Source: Chloroflexota bacterium
GTDB lineage: Bacteria; Chloroflexota; Limnocylindria; Limnocylindrales; CSP1-4
Length of the DNA stretch: 64,000 bases
Direction of reading: 5' to 3'
NCBI GenBank assembly: GCA_044506615.1
Contig: JBIQKJ010000004.1
Location: forward strand, 134,383 to 198,382
The notes beneath the pieces are model-generated. The model was not told the DNA's origin. It did not search any database and was given only the letters and a program-made list of their open reading frames with translations. This document shows, piece after piece, positions 63,091-64,000 of the stretch. Position numbers and translations under genes: made by a program. Numbering within the stretch: position 1 is the first letter of the stretch; each line of letters opens with the position of its first letter.

Positions 63091-64000
63091 GTGACACTTT
63101 CCCGGCCCCCGCGGGCATGGCTCGGGCCCGCCCTCCTCATCCTCGCGAGCGTCGTCCTCGTCGTCGGCTGCGCTCCGGGGGCGACCGTGGATTCGTCGGG
63201 CAACACGGTCACGCCGACGCCCCACCCCCCGTTGCAGCCGGCCTCCCCCGGCGCGGATCCGGTCAGCCTGCTGGCGTGGCTCTTCACGCCGATCTTCCAG
63301 GCGCTGTTCATCATCCTGGCCGGCGTCTACCAGGTCCTCGAGAACCTGTCCGTACCGGCCGCGATCCTGTGGGCCATCGTGGTCCTGACGATCATCGTGC
63401 GGGCGGCGCTCATCCCGCTCTTCCGGAAGCAGCTCGTCTCGACGCGCCGGATGCAGCTGCTCCAGCCGGAGCTGCGCGAGGTCCAGAAGCGCTACAAGGG
63501 CGACCGGGTGAAGGCGCAGCAGGCGCAGCAGGAGCTCATGCGCGAGCGCGGCGTCAACCCGCTGGCCGGCTGCCTCCCGCTCCTCCTCCAGCTGCCCTTG
63601 CTGCTGATCATGTACTCGGTCATCCAGAACGGCCTCACCAACCAGGACCCGCGGGCGATGCTCGAGGTGTTCGGCGTCCAGCTCGTGAACCTCGAGTGCG
63701 TCAACATCCCGCCGGGCGGCACGGCGCCGGATCCGGCGCTCGGCCCGTGCATCGACCCGATCGCCCCCCTGCTCGGCGACGTGAGCAAGCCGCAGGTGCT
63801 CTTCGACTGGTACCTCGTGCCTGGTTTCGGGATCAGCGTCCTCGCCGTGATCTCCGCCGTGCTCCAGCTCGTCCAGTCGCGGATGATGCTGCCCCCGGCG
63901 GACGAGTCGGCCGGGAGCGATCCGAACGCGCGGATGCAGCGCCAGATGATGCTGTTCCTGCCGCTCATCTCGGTCGTGTACGGCGGCTTCCTGCCGGCCG
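63091..64000 (+). CDS. yidC: membrane protein insertase YidC (5' part; runs off the right edge), lipoprotein-type signal
   Basis: My own translation from GTG 63091 gives VTLSRPPRAWLGPALLILASVVLVVGCAPG... (lipobox VVGC), then ILWAIVVLTIIVRAALIPLFRKQLVSTRRMQLLQPELREVQKRYKGD...RGVNPLAGCLPLLLQLPLLLIMY. It is absent from the ORF track because no stop lies within the window. Confidence 0.85.
   Translation, partial: MTLSRPPRAWLGPALLILASVVLVVGCAPGATVDSSGNTVTPTPHPPLQPASPGADPVSLLAWLFTPIFQALFIILAGVYQVLENLSVPAAILWAIVVLTIIVRAALIPLFRKQLVSTRRMQLLQPELREVQKRYKGDRVKAQQAQQELMRERGVNPLAGCLPLLLQLPLLLIMYSVIQNGLTNQDPRAMLEVFGVQLVNLECVNIPPGGTAPDPALGPCIDPIAPLLGDVSKPQVLFDWYLVPGFGISVLAVISAVLQLVQSRMMLPPADESAGSDPNARMQRQMMLFLPLISVVYGGFLPA

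Noticed and set aside
1-64000. Mobile elements, prophage, defence systems, and rRNA or tRNA genes
   Set aside because: No transposase, integrase, recombinase, restriction-modification, toxin-antitoxin or Cas-like translation was seen in any frame. No terminal inverted repeats bracketing a GC-deviant segment were found, and no cloverleaf-like tRNA sequence was recognised. Absence is by visual inspection only.

Overview
High-GC (about 70%+) chromosomal window covering the replication origin region of an Actinomycetota-like or other deep-branching Terrabacteria genome. This lineage guess rests on the dnaA-dnaN-recF-DUF721 and rpmH-rnpA-yidD-yidC synteny, the phosphatidylinositol/PIM genes and the very high GC. 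All calls come from reading the supplied translations and DNA by eye; no database search was possible.

Content from left to right:
1. 1-10.3 kb: a catabolic island with a three-subunit xanthine-dehydrogenase-family molybdenum hydroxylase, two cupin proteins, a GMC oxidoreductase, CoxG, RidA, an isochorismatase-family hydrolase, an MFS transporter and an alpha/beta hydrolase.
2. 10.3-13.3 kb: folK, an unknown 360-aa protein, and a DUF185/NDUFAF7-type methyltransferase.
3. 13.6-28.7 kb: a 15-kb complex I (nuo) operon with the non-canonical order A-B-C-D-H-[I-Nterm::E-like]-F-[G-Nterm::GltD-like::FeS::I-Cterm]-J-K-L-M-N.
4. 28.9-37.6 kb: convergent otsA/otsB, a sortase-like protein, CorA, an MFS transporter and an ABC-2 exporter.
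5. 38.0-44.5 kb: an ArsR-headed phosphatidylinositol/PIM locus (PIP synthase, ino1, two acyltransferases, a PHP phosphoesterase, pimA-like).
6. 44.6-53.8 kb: a GT-C glycosyltransferase supercluster, including a 1799-aa protein that fuses two GT-C modules and carries a beta-propeller-like insert, plus a polyprenyl-phosphate sugar synthase.
7. 53.8-64.0 kb: a BFN nuclease, rhomboid and PP2C-like/propeller membrane protein operon, followed by DUF721(DciA-like)-recF-dnaN, oriC with DnaA boxes, dnaA, and rpmH-rnpA-yidD-yidC.

About 20 gene junctions use 4-nt ATGA/GTGA overlaps. No rRNA, tRNA, CRISPR array, transposase or integrase was recognised. Most long ORFs in the six-frame track that lie antisense to these genes are high-GC shadow ORFs.

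The most unusual system is the rewired complex I electron-input module, in which NuoI is apparently split by an inserted E/F/G-GltD cassette. Next in interest are the giant dual GT-C fusion and a PHP phosphoesterase embedded in the PI pathway.
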